64,000 nucleotides of DNA, from contig NC_086109.1 in assembly GCF_963921235.1 (NCBI RefSeq), positions 23,872,001-23,936,000 of the forward strand. The letters run 5' to 3'. The DNA is from Mobula hypostoma. Lineage: Eukaryota. This document shows positions 25,208 through 38,680 of this stretch, in pieces (position 1 is the first letter of the stretch; every line of letters begins with the position of its first letter). Position numbers and translations under genes: made by a program. The notes below the pieces were generated by a model, which did not search any database, was not told the origin of the DNA, and saw nothing but the letters and a program-made list of their open reading frames with translations.

Positions 25208-25756
25208 CACCCTGGTGGCTAATTTATCAGGTACCTTCTGTACATGATAAAATAGCCAGTGAGTGCATGTTCATGGTCTTCTGCTGCTGTGGCCCGTCCA
25301 CTTCAAGGTTGGCATGTTGTGCCAGTCTGTACACCACTGATGTAACGCAAGGTTGATTAAGTTACTGTCACCTTCCTGTCAGCTTGAACCAGTCTGCACA
25401 GTCCTCTTTGACTTCTCTCATTAATAAGGCATTTTTTGCCCATAAAACCGCTGCTTACTGGATTTTTTTTGCATGATTCTCTGCAAACTCTGGAGACCTG
25501 TGTGCGAAAAACACAGGCGATCAGCAGTTTCTGAGACACTCAAATCACCCGTCTGGCACCAACGATCATTCCACCACCAATGTCACATAGACCACCTCCC
25601 CTTCCTCATTCTGATGTCTGGTCTGAACAACAGCTGAACCTCTTGACCATCTCTACATTCTTTCATGTATTGAGTTGCTGCCACATGATTGTTTGATTAG
25701 ATATTTGTATTAACGATCATGTGTACCCGTGTACCTAATAAAGTGGCCACTGAGTG
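25208..25756 (-). mobile_element. Tc1/mariner non-autonomous element
   Basis: TA TSD at 25206-07 and 25757-58; TIRs caccctggtggctaatttatcaggtac / gtacctaataaagtggccactgagtg; transposase remnant ERSQRGLCRLVQADRKVTVT. Confidence 0.85.
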
Positions 25757-25934
25757 TATGATCATGAGGCCATTCCACATTGCAACATACCTTCAGTTCT
25801 GCACAAAGACTGTCAGCATTGACAGTGAGTTTCCAGCTTTGTACTGAGATTTAATGTTTTCTACCTTAACACCTAGAAGTGCAGTTCACTGTCAAGGCTG
25901 ACACCTACTATTGTGAGGAGAGAAAACAAGTTAT

Positions 25935-26080
25935 AAGCACTAGATGTTCTGCAAATGCTGTAAATCTTGAGCAACACACACAAAATACTGGAGGAACTCA
26001 GCCAGCCAGTCAGCATCTATGGAGGGGATAAACTGTCAACTTCACTTCCATTTCAGGCGGAGACCCTTCAGCAGGACTGG
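25935..26080 (-). mobile_element. Penelope-derived repeat
   Basis: Same family as 3078-3212. Confidence 0.7.
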
Positions 26081-27156
26081 AGAAAAAAAAAGATTATGAA
26101 GCTTTTGATCTTTAAACATTATTGGTCCCTTTGGGTACCCTCATGTCCTAAATTCCCTGTAACGTATACAGTATTGTATAACATTTTGAATAAATTAAGT
26201 ATATATAATCAGAATAATAACTGGAACTGACAGTAAAGTGGGAAAGGGAAAAGAGTTGTAATGACTACAGGACTCCTAGCTTAGACAGTGAGCGAATATT
26301 CTCAATAAGAGAAGGGACACTACCCTGAGTTTAGCAATTAATTGCAACAGATGGGAGAAGCATGGGGGAACATTTAGTGAGTAGTGTTCATAACATAACA
26401 ATATCCACGTTAAAAACTAAGAAGTAGTTTAAACAGTCATCAACTGGGGAAGAAGAGATTGTTGTTTTGAGTGAAGGGAAATGGAATGCATAAAAATAAA
26501 TTGGAAAAATATGTTGCCAAAGAAACACAAATATTTAAAGCCACAATCAATTGAGTTAAACAAAACTTCATAGATAATAAAGAAAGAAAAGTTGAAGCTA
26601 TAAACACATTTAGCCTGTATATAATAAAAATTGACAAAAGGAAAACAGAGTACAAAAAGTTTAACATGTGAAAAAGGAAGTGAAATACAAAGAAAAACAC
26701 CCAAAACTGAATTACTGAAGGGTATATATAAAAACTCTCTAGATCTACTTGAGCACTTCACTCACCAACATAACAAGAGCTATGGACCAGGTCATGGTAA
26801 ATGGGATTAGTATAGATATGTTCCTGATGATCAGCCAAAGGGCTTGCTCTGTGTTTTATCACTTTATGACTCTATACCTAGAAGAGCAACATAATTTATA
26901 GACATATGAAGAACAAGTAAAAGGTCAGTTGCCACCAGGAGTTACAAAGGATAAACTCAGATTATGAAATGGTGCTGATTATAAATAATTTCTTTTTGCC
27001 TCAGTATTTATCATGGAAGCCATAACAGCGAAAATGATACCATAAGAGCTCACAAAGAATAGAACTGCATTTAAGGCAGAAGACAAAGGAAAATAACCTC
27101 TAAACTAATAAATGTAATATTAATATAAAAATTATTTGCATGGTTTGCATTCATAC

Positions 27157-29485
27157 TGTCGTACGGCAGTGGCTGGGAATGGACCCAAGTGCAAGACACA
27201 GACACTGAAGAACTAGGGAGAGGACTAAGATACAGGGCAATGGCAAGGACATGGACAGGAAAACCAGGAACCTGGAACAGGACTGGACAAGAGAGCTAGG
27301 AGCCCGGGCTTGGACTCCAAGCCAGAGACTGGACAAGGACCCAGTACCTGGGTCTTGCTTCTGGCTGGACCCCAGAACTAGGCAAGGACGAGGCTTGGCA
27401 GGCAGGCAGGATGAGGCTGGAGTCTTCAGGCTCGAGGCTAGGCAGGAGGCTGGAGTCTTCAGGCTCGAGGCTAGGCAGGAGGCTGGAGTCTTCAGGCTCG
27501 AGGCTAGGCAGGAGGCTGGAGTCTTCAGGCTCGAGGCTAGGCAGGAGGCTGGAGTCTTCAGGCTCGAGGCTAGGCAGGAGGCTGGAGTCTTCAGGCTCGA
27601 GGCTAGGCAGGAGGCTGGAGTCTTCAGGCTCGAGGCTAGGCAGGAGGCTGGGGTCTTCAGGCTCGAGGCTAGGCAGGAGGCTGGAGTCTTCAGGCTCGAG
27701 GCTAGGCAGGAGGCTGGGGTCTTCAGGCTCGAGGCTAGGCAGGAGGATGGAGTCTTCAGGCTCGAGGCTAGGCAGGAGGCTGGGGTCTTCAGGCTCGAGG
27801 CTAGGCAGGAGGATGGAGTCTTCAGGCTCGAGGCTAGGCAGGAGGCTGGAGTCTTCAGGCTCGAGGCTAGGCAGGAGGCTGGAGTCTTCAGGCTCGAGGC
27901 TAGGCAGGAGGCTGGAGTCTTCAGGCTCGAGGCTAGGCAGGAGGCTGGAGTCTTCAGGCTCGAGGCCAGGCAGGAGGCTGGAGTCTTCAGGCTCGAGGCT
28001 AGGCAGGAGGCTGGAGTCTTCAGGCTCGAGGCCAGGCAGGAGGCTGGAGACTTCAGGCTCGAGGCTAGGCAGGAGGCTGGAGTCTTCAGGCTCGAGGCCA
28101 GGCAGGAGGCTGGAGTCTTCAGGCTCGAGGCTAGGCAGGAGGCTGGATTCTTCAGGCTCGAGGCCAGGCAGGAGGATGGAGTCTTCAGGCTCGAGGCTAG
28201 GCAGGAGGCTGGAGTCTTCAGGCTCGAGGCCAGGCAGGAGGCTGGAGTCTTCAGGCTCGAGGCCAGGCAGGAGGCTGGAGTCTTCAGGCTCGAGGCCAGG
28301 CAGGAGGCTGGAGTCTTCAGGCTCGAGGCCAGGCAGGAGGCTGGAGACTTCAGGCTCGAGGCCAGGCAGGAGGCTGGAGTCTTCAGGCTCGAGGCCAGGC
28401 AGGAGGCTGGAGACTTCAGGCTCGAGGCCAGGCAGGAGGCTGGAGTCTTCAGGCTCGAGGCTAGGCAGGAGGCTGGAGACTTCAGGCTCGAGGCTAGGCA
28501 GGAGGATGGAGATTTCAGGCTCGAGGCTAAGCAGGAGGCTGGAGACTTCAGGCTCGAGGCTAGGCAGGAGGCTGGAGACTTCAGGCTCGAGGCCAGGCTT
28601 GGCAGGAGACTTCAGGCTTGAGACTTTAGGCGAGGCTGGAAGCTGGAGGCAGGAGACTTAAGGCAAGGTGAGGCTGGAGGCAGGAGACTTGAGGCGAGGC
28701 GAGGCTGGAGGCTGGCGGCTGGAGGCAGGAGACGAGACGAGGCAAGGCAAGGCTGGAGGCTGGAGGCTGGAGGCAGGAGACTTGAGGCGAGGCGAGGCTG
28801 GAGGTTGGAGGCTGGAGGCAGGAGACAAGATGAGGCGAGGCGAGGCTGAAGGCAGGAGACTTGAGGCGAGGGGAGGCTAGAGGCTGGAGGCAGGAGACTT
28901 GAGGCGAGACGAGGCTAGAGGCTGGAGGCAGGAGACTTGAGGCGAGACGAGGCTGGAGGCTGGAGGCAGGAGACTTGAGGCGAGGTGAGGCTCCTCCTGG
29001 GCAGGGCGCGGATCACCACCCGACAGAGGCAAGGGACAGGAAGGGCCAGAACCAACCCCAGGTAATGGCAAGACGGCCTGGCTTACCTGGGCAGAGGCAA
29101 GGGACAGGAAGGGAGCTAGGTACAGGGTGGCTCCAGGACAAGACTGTAGGCGAGCTGAGGCGAGAGTTACCAACAAGACAAGGCAAGGCTTCTGGCAAAG
29201 CAAGGTGTGATGAGAACTTCAGGCAAGGTGGGAGTTACCGGCAAGACAAGGCAGGGCTTCAGGCGAGGAAACAGAAGGCAGGGGAAGGGATACAAAGAGT
29301 AGGACAAGAACAATCCAGCAGCCATGCCCTAGTCTCTGGAGGTATTTATGCAACCAGCCCCAACTAGCATCAGCTGCCTCAATTAGCTCAACAAGAACAG
29401 AAACAGGGTAGATAGGAAAACCTGGAGCAAGGGTCGATGGACCAGACAGTGAACCGGAATACGGACCACGGACCGGACCATGACA
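27157..29485 (-). mobile_element. Solo LTR (Gypsy-type) containing an expanded minisatellite
   Basis: TGTCGT...ATGACA termini; exact 5-bp TSD catac at 27152-27156 and 29486-29490; end ggaccggaccatgaca shared with the copy ending at 48282. Confidence 0.85.
27400..28600. repeat. 33-bp minisatellite, ~36 copies (gaggctggagtcttcaggctcgaggctaggcag), followed by degenerate shorter repeats to ~28990
   Basis: Directly visible; translates as (RLEARQEAGVF)n. Confidence 0.97.
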
Positions 29486-29552
29486 CATACATGCATATTA
29501 AAAGATATTCAGAGTGAAATACTAGGGTATTTAAGCATATTTGTAAGTGCTT

Positions 29553-29648
29553 TATTATATATAGTATATTACATAATTATATATATATATATTTATAATT
29601 CATATATATTCTATTTATTATAACGTATATTATATGTGTATATATAAT
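29553..29648. repeat. Degenerate (AT)n tract
   Basis: Directly visible. Confidence 0.9.
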
Positions 29649-29719
29649 GTCATGAAAAAATGAAATATTGCTAAAGGACTGGCAGACAACAAATGTAACT
29701 CCTGTGCATAGTAGAAGAC

Positions 29720-32712
29720 CGTAAAACCAGAAGACATAGGAGCAAAATTAGGCCATTCGGCCACTGAATCTGCTCCACCATTCCATCGTGGCTGATGTAT
29801 TATCCCCATGAACCTCATTCTCCTGCCTTCTTCCCATAACCTCTGATACCTTGATTAATCAAGAACCTATCAACCTCCACCTTAAATATACCCAATGACT
29901 TGGCCTACACAGCAGTCTGTAGGCAATGAATTCCACAAATTCACCACCCTCCGGCGAAACAAATTTTTCCTCATCCCTGTTTTAAATAGATATTCGCCAA
30001 TTCTGAGGCTGCTCTCGCTGGTCTTGGACTCCTCCATTATAGGAGCCTCTCCACATCCACTCTATCTAGGCCTATGAATATTTGGAATGTTTCAATGAGA
30101 TCTCCCCTCATTCGTCTAAACTCCATTGAATACAGGCCCAGAGCTATCAAAAACAGTCCTCGTTGCATTCCTGGGATCGTTCTTGTGAACCTGCTCTGGA
30201 ACCTCTCCAATGCCATTTTTTCTTAGATAAAGGGCTGAAAGCTGCTCACAATACTCCAAATGCGGTCTGACCAATGCCTTATAAAGTCTTCAGCCTTACA
30301 ACCTTTCTCTTGTATTCTAGACCTCTCAAAATTAATGCTAACTTTGTATTTGACTTCCTTAGCATTGACCCAACCAGTAAGTTAACCTGTAGGGAATCCT
30401 TCATGAGAACTCACAGGTTCCTTTGCACCTTGAATTTTTAAATTTTCTCCACATTTAGGAAAAGTCCACAGCTTTATTCCTTCTACCAAAGTACATAAAC
30501 GTACATTTCCCTACATTATATTCTCTGCCACTTCTTTCCCATTCTCCCAATCTGTCTATGTCCTTCTGCAGGCACCCTGCTTCCACAACACTATGTGCCT
30601 CTCTACCTATCTTTGTATCATCTACAAACTTAGCCACAAAGGCATAAATTCCTTTATCTAACTCATTGACATATAACATGAAATGAAGTGGTCCCAACAT
30701 CGACCGCTATGGTACATCACTAGTCAATGGCAGCCAATCAGAAAAATCACCCTTTATTCCCTCTTTTTCCCTCCTGCCAGTCAGCCAATTTTCTATCCAT
30801 GCTGGTATATTTCCTGTAATACCATGGGATCTTATCCTGTTAAGCAGCCTCATGTGCGGCACCTTGTCAAAGACCTTCTGAAAATCCAAATAAGCAACAT
30901 CAATTGACTCTCCTTTGTCTATCCTGCCGTTATTTCCTCAAAGGATTCCAACAAATTTGTCAGGCAAGATTTTCTCACGTGGAAACTATGCTGACTTTGG
31001 CCTATTTTGTCATGTGCCTTTAAGTACCCCAAAACCTCATTCTTAATTATAGACTCTAACGTCTTTCAACCACTGTAGTCAAGCTAACTGGACTATGATT
31101 TCCTTTCTTCTGCCTTTCTGTCTTTTTAAAGAGTGGAGTGACACTTGCAATTTTGCAGTCCTCCAGACCCATTCCAGAATCTAGTGATTCTGGAAAGATC
31201 ATTGCTAATGTCTCCACAATCTCTTCAGCCACCTCTTTCAGAACTCTGTGGTGTGGTCCATCTGGTCCAGGTGCCTTACCCATCTTCACACGTTTTAGCT
31301 TCCCCAGCACTTTCTCCTTGGTATTAACAACAACACTCACTTATGCCCCCGACACCTTCACATTTTTGGCATTCTGCTCGTGTCTTCCATAGTGAAGACG
31401 GACGCAAAATTCTTATTATGTTCATCCATCGCTTCTTTGTCCCCCATCACAATCTCTCCGGCATCATTTTCTAGCACTCCTATATCCACTCTCCCCTCTA
31501 TTTCACTCTTTATATATCTGAAAAAGGTTTTTGTAACCTCTTTTATATTATTGGCTAGCTTCCCTTCATATTTCATCTTTTCTCTCTTTGGGGTTTTTTA
31601 GTTGCCTTCTGTTGGTTTTCAAAAACTTCCCAATCCTTTACCTTCCGACTAATATTTGCTATATGTTCTCTCGTGCTTTTATGCTGAATTGACTACCCTT
31701 GTCAGCCTTGGTTTGGAATTTTTCTATCCTTTGCCTTCTGAATTGCTCCCGGAAACTCCAGCCTTTGCTGTTCTGCTATCATCCCTGGAGGAGTTCCTTC
31801 AAACCAACTTTAGCCAGCTCCTCTCCCATGCATCTGTAGTTCCTTTTACTCCACTGTAATACTGATATATCTAATTTTAGCTGGTCATTCTCAAGCTGCA
31901 AGGTGAATTCTATCATATTATGATCATTGTCTTCTATGGGTTCCTTTACATTAAGCTCTCTAATCAAATCTGGGTCATTACATAACACCCAATCCAGAAT
32001 TGCCATAACCCTAGTGGGGTCAACCACATGCTGCTCTAATAAAACCATCACAAAGGCAGTCTACAAATTCTCTCTCTTGGCATCCAGCACCAACCTGAGT
32101 TTCCCAATCAACCTGCATATTGAAACCTGCCATGACGATCATAACATTGCCTTTCTTACATATCTTTTCTATCTCGCATTGCAATTTGTAGTTCACATCC
32201 TAGCTACTGTTTGGAGGCCTGTATAAAATTTGCATCAGGGTCTTTTTTCCCTGTAGTTTCTTCACTCTATACACCAGGATTAACATCTTTGGATCCTATG
32301 TTACCTCTTTCTAAGGATTTGTTTTTATTTTTTGCCGACAGAGCAATGCCATCTCCTCTGCCTATCCCTTCGATACAACATGTATCATTGGATGTTAAGG
32401 TCACAACTATGACCTTCTTTCAGCCATAACACAGAGATGCCCACAATGTCATACCCGCCAATCTCTAACTTCACTACAAGACCTTATTCTCTATACTGTG
32501 TGCATTTAGATATTAATGCCTTCAGTCCTGTATTCATCACCCTTTTCAATTTTGGTCCTCTGTTACACTTTAACTCATCCCACTGACTGCAATTTTGACC
32601 GATCATTCGAATGCCCTTCCTCATAGTCTAACTACACACGGCATCCGGTTGTATACCAAATGCACCTCAGCCCCATCACTCTAGTTCCTATCCCCCTGCC
32701 AAGTTAGTTTAA
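29720..32712 (-). mobile_element. CR1 LINE, essentially whole ORF2 (endonuclease + RT), decayed
   Basis: QHVVDPTR..ILDWVLCN; KAPGPDG; DFQKVFDKVPH; LGPLHF..KFVDDTKIG. Confidence 0.95.
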
Positions 32713-32817
32713 AGTTGAATGAAATATAGCCCAATTAGCTCATCATCTGCAGTAGGAAGGAACAATCGAACTCTTAATCAAAGATTTAAAAGAGAAATGA
32801 AAATATGATTACCTATA

Positions 32818-33106
32818 TATGCATCCGTTAGTCTCATGAGACCATGGATTTGCGCCTTGGAAGGGTCCAGGGTACAGGCCTGGCCAAGGTTGTATGGAAG
32901 ACCAGCAGTTGCCCATGCTGCAAGTCTCCCCTCTCCACGACACCAATGTTGTCCAAGGGAAGGGCATTAGGACCCATACAGCTTGGCACCAGTGTCGTCG
33001 CAGAGCAATGTGTGGTTAAGCGCCTTGCTCAAGGACACACATGCCAAGGCTCGAACTAGCGACCTTCAAAAACGAACGCCTTAACCACTTGGCCACGTGC
33101 CAGCAC
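32818..33106 (-). mobile_element. tRNA-headed SINE with RTE-like tail
   Basis: 10-bp TSD attacctata at 32808-32817 and 33107-33116; minus-strand head ggcacgtggccaagtggttaagg..agttcgagcc. Confidence 0.8.
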
Positions 33107-33604
33107 ATTACCTATAATGTATGGGGAAACAGTTAGAGTTTACCCTTGTGAATGCTAACTGTGCCTGCATAATAATGACTTCCTTCAGAGTGTGAAATTC
33201 TGAAGTTGGAAATCAATCACTATTGATCTGAATGGGCTCCGAGATAAAGTCTATCAAGGAAGTGAAAAATTGGGACAATTCCTTATCAGTTACAATGAGC
33301 ATTGTGCACATACCTCTTGTAGAAGGAAGGACCTAGTACAGGGGCTTCCTCCCGTTGAATTCATTAGGGGAACAGTTGATAAGGGAGCAAGTAGCAGCTC
33401 TGAGCATTCAGGTATTCTAATCTTTTTATAACATTTCTAATGATCCCAAATGTTTAAGTTTGTAATACTTTTAATTGGCTTTCAATTATTGTAGGCATTT
33501 TGGAATATTTAAAACATCAGAAATATTTTTAATACGTTTATCAGTGTATTCACCAATTTGGCTGACTTGCTGACAATGATGTTTAGCTCTTGAGGACAAG
33601 TCTT

Positions 33605-34100
33605 AATCAACACAATCTCTGATATTCCTCCTCCTCTACCAACAATACTCTCCCAGTCTTTGATACCACACCCCTTGCATCACAGCAGGTACCCTGCCTC
33701 TGATACCTCACCTCCTGCACCAACAACCTCTCAGTCTGAAACCCCAACCCCTGCACCAATAACACTCTCCCACTCTCTGATATCCCATCCCCTGCAGCCA
33801 TAACACTCTGTCAGTTCCTGATAACCCACCCACAACATTCTCTCACTCTGATATCCACTTTCTGTACCAACACTCTCCCAGTGTCAGATACCCCACACCT
33901 TGTACCAACAACACTCTCCCAGTCTCTGAATCCTTACCCACTGCACCAACAGTACACTTTCAGGCTCTGATACCCCACTCTCTGCACCCACAACAATTTT
34001 GTAGTCTCTGATACCTCATCTCCTGCACCCACAATACTCCTTTAGTTTCTGATACCCCAATTCCAGCAACAACATGAATCTCTCAGCCTCTGATATCCAA
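33605..34100. repeat. Degenerate ~40-bp tandem repeat (~12 units)
   Basis: Recurring ctgcaccaacaacactctcccagtctctgatacccca-like units. Confidence 0.8.
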
Positions 34101-34758
34101 TGTCCATGCATCTATTTCCAATCTCCTGGTCCTCTGATCTCCTCACTGGCCTGACCCACCCAGCTACCTCTTCAAATTGCTAGGCTCTAATGCATGCTCA
34201 TCCCATTCCCAATTGGACTGGCATTCCGAGAGATCCCGAGCCTGGATTTGGGTAGTGTAATTTTGCCCCCAAAGCTGTCAAGGATATGTTCCCTCCCACC
34301 TTGGTTGTCTACAGCCCCCTCAGCTGCACCATCCTAGCATGTAGCAATGAATGCACTTGAATTCCTGCGTACGGATGTGTCTCCTTGGATGTAACTGCCC
34401 TCTGCATATATAAATAAATAGTGATGGAGGCTCAGTCTGCAGGATCAGATGGGCATTGAAGGGAAACTAACAGCTTGATATTTGCAATAGTGGGCTAGTT
34501 TCAAATTAGGAAGCAGTGTTACATCCCTCTTGAGATCCAAGTGTACATTCAGACATGAGTCCATGCAATAAATTTGTGCCTTCAGCACACCATACAATTA
34601 ATATCTCCTGATCCTGTTGAGATAGCAGCACAGAAAAGAAAACTCTGAATGCAGAGAGTTTCTAGAGCTATTATTTGAGGGACTAAATACTGACCAGAAC
34701 ACCAACAATCTGCCTCTATAATTAAGGTGCATGAATGATAGTAAAATGGAGGCTATAT

Positions 34759-35720
34759 TGTCACGTACCCCATGACGGGAATAAAGAACCAGCAGAGATG
34801 GAAAACACTTTGGAGTCCAGTATTTCTATAAACTAATAATATTTATTAGTAACTACGCAATACAGTAATATAAATGTAAATAAATCGAACAGGTTAGCAA
34901 TGATTAAGTATAACTAAGTATATCAGTAAGTGTGGAAATATATGTATGAAAAACCAAACTTCTTTAAGTCTAGGAGTAAAAAGATACAGCCTTACGATGA
35001 TGAGTAAAGTTCAGTTCAGTTTGTGGTATTTAGTTGAGTAGTGATGGAGAGAGAGAGGGAGAGCTTTGATCTGACGCCGTTGATCTTCTTGTTGTCCTTT
35101 GGAATCCCTTAAAAGTCACCGACTGTGACTTTAACAAAGGGGACCGGTTTTCTGTGGTGGAGCTATCCCCCAGGCGAGGGTGGACACATGGACAACTCCC
35201 CACCAGTCAACCCCTTTTCTCTTTTCACTGCAAGAGCGACTGATCGATCCACCTGACTGATCCTCCAAAGCCCACTTTTCCTGCGGGCACAACAATGCTC
35301 ATTCAGTGTCCAGAACATGTGTCTGAGGTCTATCATCTGACCTCCTATTTTATCTTCCCGTGTTGAGCATCAACTGTCACTCAAATAACTCCTCCTTCCT
35401 CTCTTTGTGTAAGAAATGCACAAGCAGGTGACTGTCCGTGAGAAGTAGAAACAACCTGTAGAAAATCATAACATCGAGTGTCCATGAAATAACACCCTCA
35501 GTCACCATAGCAACTTACGAGCTGCTCGGTGCCATCTCTCCAACTCAGCAGCAATCCAAAAGTTAACCAGTTCTTTCTCGTTCCTTAAAGTGACAGTCCA
35601 ACAGTTAGTCTTTGTCTCGCTCTCTCTCTCTTTTACAAACAAGTTGTTGGTGTTAAATAATTCTCTCTCTCTCTCTTTTCAAAAGCACAGTTCATAGGGG
35701 TAACTCAGGATCCCGTCACA
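34759..35720. mobile_element. Solo LTR (962 bp)
   Basis: TGTCAC...GTCACA; 4-bp TSD atat at 34755-58 and 35721-24; inserted in a CR1 3' UTR. Confidence 0.9.
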
Positions 35721-35869
35721 ATATGGATGGGAATAGTTAGATTGATCTTAGAGTAGGTTAAAAAGTCGGCACCACATTGTGGACTGAAGGGCTTGTACTG
35801 TGCTGTAATGTTCATTATTTTATGTAATTTATGTTGCAGCTGTATAAAACTTTGGTGAGGCTTCACTTC

Positions 35870-37965
35870 AGATCACCCTCGCAAGGTGTCAGGCCCTGAT
35901 CGTGTACTTGGTAGGGCTCTGAAAACCTGGGCCAACCAACTGGTGGGTGTGTTCAAGGATGGCTTCAAACTCCCACTGCTGCATCTGGAAGTTCCCACCT
36001 GCTTCAAAAGGGTGACAAGCAGACCAGTACCCAAGAAGGTCAGGGTGAGCTGCCTCAACGACATTCACTCAGCGGCCCTCGCAGCGACTGTGATGAAGTG
36101 CTTTGAGAAGTTGGTCATGGCTAGAATGAACTCCTGCCAACACAAGGACCTGTACACACTGCAGTTTGCCAATCACCACAATAGGCCTACAGTGGATGCA
36201 ATCTCTCTGGCTCTCCACTTGGCTTTGGATCCCCTGAGCAATCGTAATACTAACGTCAGGCTGCTGTTTACCGACTGCAGCTCAGCATTTAACACAGTAA
36301 TACCCTCAGTTCTAACCAATAAGCTCAAAATACTGGGCCTCTGTACCTCCCTCTGCAAATGGACTTTTGATTTCCTTACCGGGAGACGACAGTCTATGTG
36401 GACCGTGAATAACAACTCCTCCTTGCAGACAATCAACATTGGTGCACATCGAGAATACATGTTTAGCCCACTGCTCTGCTCTCTCTACACTCATGACTGA
36501 GTCGCTAGGCATAGCTCAAAAGCTATCTATAAATTTGCCAGCGACACAACTATTGTCGGCAGAATTTCAGATAGTGACAAGAAGGTGTACAGGAGTGAAA
36601 TAGATCAGCAGGTTGAATGGTGACACAGCAAAAACCTTGCATTCCACGTCATTAAGACCAAATAACTAATTGTTGACAGCAGGGAGGGTAAGTCGAGGGA
36701 TCAGAAGTGGAAAGGGTGAGCAGTTTTAAGCTCCTAGGTGTCAACATCTCTGAGGATCTATCCTGGACCAAACATATTGATGCAATGACAAAGAAGGCAT
36801 GACATTGGGCATATCTCATGAATCTTGAAGAAGGGTCTCAGCCTGAAGCATTGACTATTTATTAATTTCCATCGATGCTGCCTGATCTGCTGAGTTCCTC
36901 CAGCATTTTGTGTGTTTTTCCATATTCATTAGGAGCTTGAGGAGAAATGGGTATGTCACCACGAGCACTCACAAATTTCTACAGATATACCATGGAAAGG
37001 ATTCTAATTAGTCGCATTACCATCTTTATACTTTATTGTCGCCAAACAATTGACACTAGAACGTACAATCGTCACAACGATATTTGATTCTGCGCTTCCC
37101 GCTCCCTGGATTACAAATATTAAATATTAAAAATATTAAAAATAGTAAAAGTTAGTAAATATAAAAATTTAAATTATAAGTCATAAATAGAAAGTAGAAA
37201 AATGGAAAGTAAGGTAGTGCAAAAAAACCGAGAGGCAGGTCTGGATATTTGGAGGGTACGGCCCAGATCTGGGTCAGGATCCGTTCAGCAGTCTTATCAC
37301 AGTTGGAAAGAAGCTGTTCCCAAATCTGGCCATACAAGTCTTCAAGCTCTTGAGCCTTCTCCCGGAGGGAAGAAGGACGAAAACTGTGTTGGCTGGGTGG
37401 GTCGTGTCCTTGATTATCCAGGCAGTACTGCTCCGACAGCGTGCGGTGTAAAGTGAGTCCAAGGACGGAAGATTGGTTTGTGTGATGTCCTGCGCCGTGT
37501 TCACGATCTTCTGCAGCTTCTTTCAGTCCGGTACAGAGGGGCCACTGCACAGGGTTGAAAAAGCTGCAGAAAGTTGTAAACTCAGCCAACTCCATCATGG
37601 GCACTGGCCTCCCCAACGTCCAGAACACCTTCAAAAAGGCGATGCCTCAAAAAGGCGGCATTCACTGTTAAGGACCCCTATCATCCAGGTCGTGCCCTCC
37701 TCTCATCAAGAAGGAAGTGCAGGAGCCTGAAGGCACACAGTCAATGTTTCAGAAACAGCTTCCTCCCCTCCGCCATCAGCTTTCTGAATGGACCAAGAAC
37801 CCACGAACACTTCCTCCGTACTTTATCCCTCTCTTTTTGCCTTACTTATTTAATATATTTTTTATATATACTTCCTATTGTAATTGATAGCTTTATTACG
37901 ATGTACTGCAATAACCTACTGCTGCATAAAAACAAATTTCATGAATATGCCAGTGCTATTAAAAC
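35870..37965 (+). mobile_element. Rex1/Babar LINE RT region and 3' end, with a nested Penelope fragment (~36815-36920) and an inverted Rex fragment (~37025-37520)
   Basis: ORF 35886-36500 PTCFKR..PVPKK..CLND..VMKCFEKLV..VRLLFTDCSSAFNTVIP; ORF 37274-37504 (-) IIKDTTHP..LLPSGRR..NSFFPTVIRLLN. Confidence 0.9.
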
Positions 37966-38522
37966 TTTTATATGAAATTCTGGTTGCCACACTACAGGAA
38001 AGATGTGATGACTTTGGCCAGGGTGCAGAAGAGGTTCACTGGGGTGTTGTTAGGGTGAAAGAGTATAAGCTATGCTGGGAGGCTGGACAAACCTGAATTA
38101 TTGAGGGCTGAGGGGTGACCTGACAAAAGCATATAAAAGTATAAGAGGCATTGACAGTCGTTTCCTCAAGGTGGAAATATCAAATAGTAGAGGGCTCAGC
38201 TTTAAGGCAGGAGCTCCCATCCCAGAGTCCACAGACCCCTCGATTAATGGTAGGGGTCCATGGAATAAAGAATATTGGGAAATGCTGCTTTAAGGTGAGA
38301 AGGAGGAAGTTTCAATGATATATAGGAAACACATTTTTTAGACACTAAATGCCTGGAACAGTAAAAGTTTGTAGTAAAAGCAGATACAATAGCAATGATT
38401 GATTAGACAGCCAAATACACACGCAGGATGGGAGTAGAGCAATAAGGGCAAATTGCAGGTAGATGAGATTAGTTCAGATTGGCACAGGCATGGTGGGCTT
38501 AAGGGTCTGATCCTGTTCTACA
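37965..38522 (+). mobile_element. CR1 3' fragment
   Basis: gagggctgaggggtgacctga..agagggctcagctttaaggtgaga.. Confidence 0.75.
38208..38287. mobile_element. 80-bp hAT (Buster-type) MITE
   Basis: Exact 8-bp TSD ctttaagg at 38200-07 and 38288-95; CAG...CTG termini. Confidence 0.85.
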
Positions 38523-38534
38523 AAGCAAAGAAAT

Positions 38535-38680
38535 GCTGTCAGGGGTTTAGTTTAATATGTCAGCAAAAAGAGAACACTTCTGACAGTGCAGCCCTCGCTC
38601 AGTATTCCGCAAGATTATCAGATTAGTTTATGTTGAGGTCCACAACAGGAGCTCAAATCCAGAACTTTCAAACAGGTTGC
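38535..38680 (-). mobile_element. Deu-SINE remnant
   Basis: gtttaatatgtcagcaaaaaga..cacttctgacagtgcagccctcgctcagtattc. Confidence 0.55.

Noticed and set aside
26230..27150. A-rich 'unique' region as a coding exon
   Set aside because: Contains degraded CR1 ORF2-like sequence (ctttttgcctcagtatttatcatggaag) with many stops.
27400..28600. CRISPR array
   Set aside because: Head-to-tail units with no unique spacers, no cas genes, and a vertebrate context.
27251..28661. 456-aa and 416-aa ORFs as a repeat-protein gene
   Set aside because: They stay open only because the 33-bp unit is a multiple of 3 without stops in those frames, and they lie inside a TSD-flanked solo LTR.
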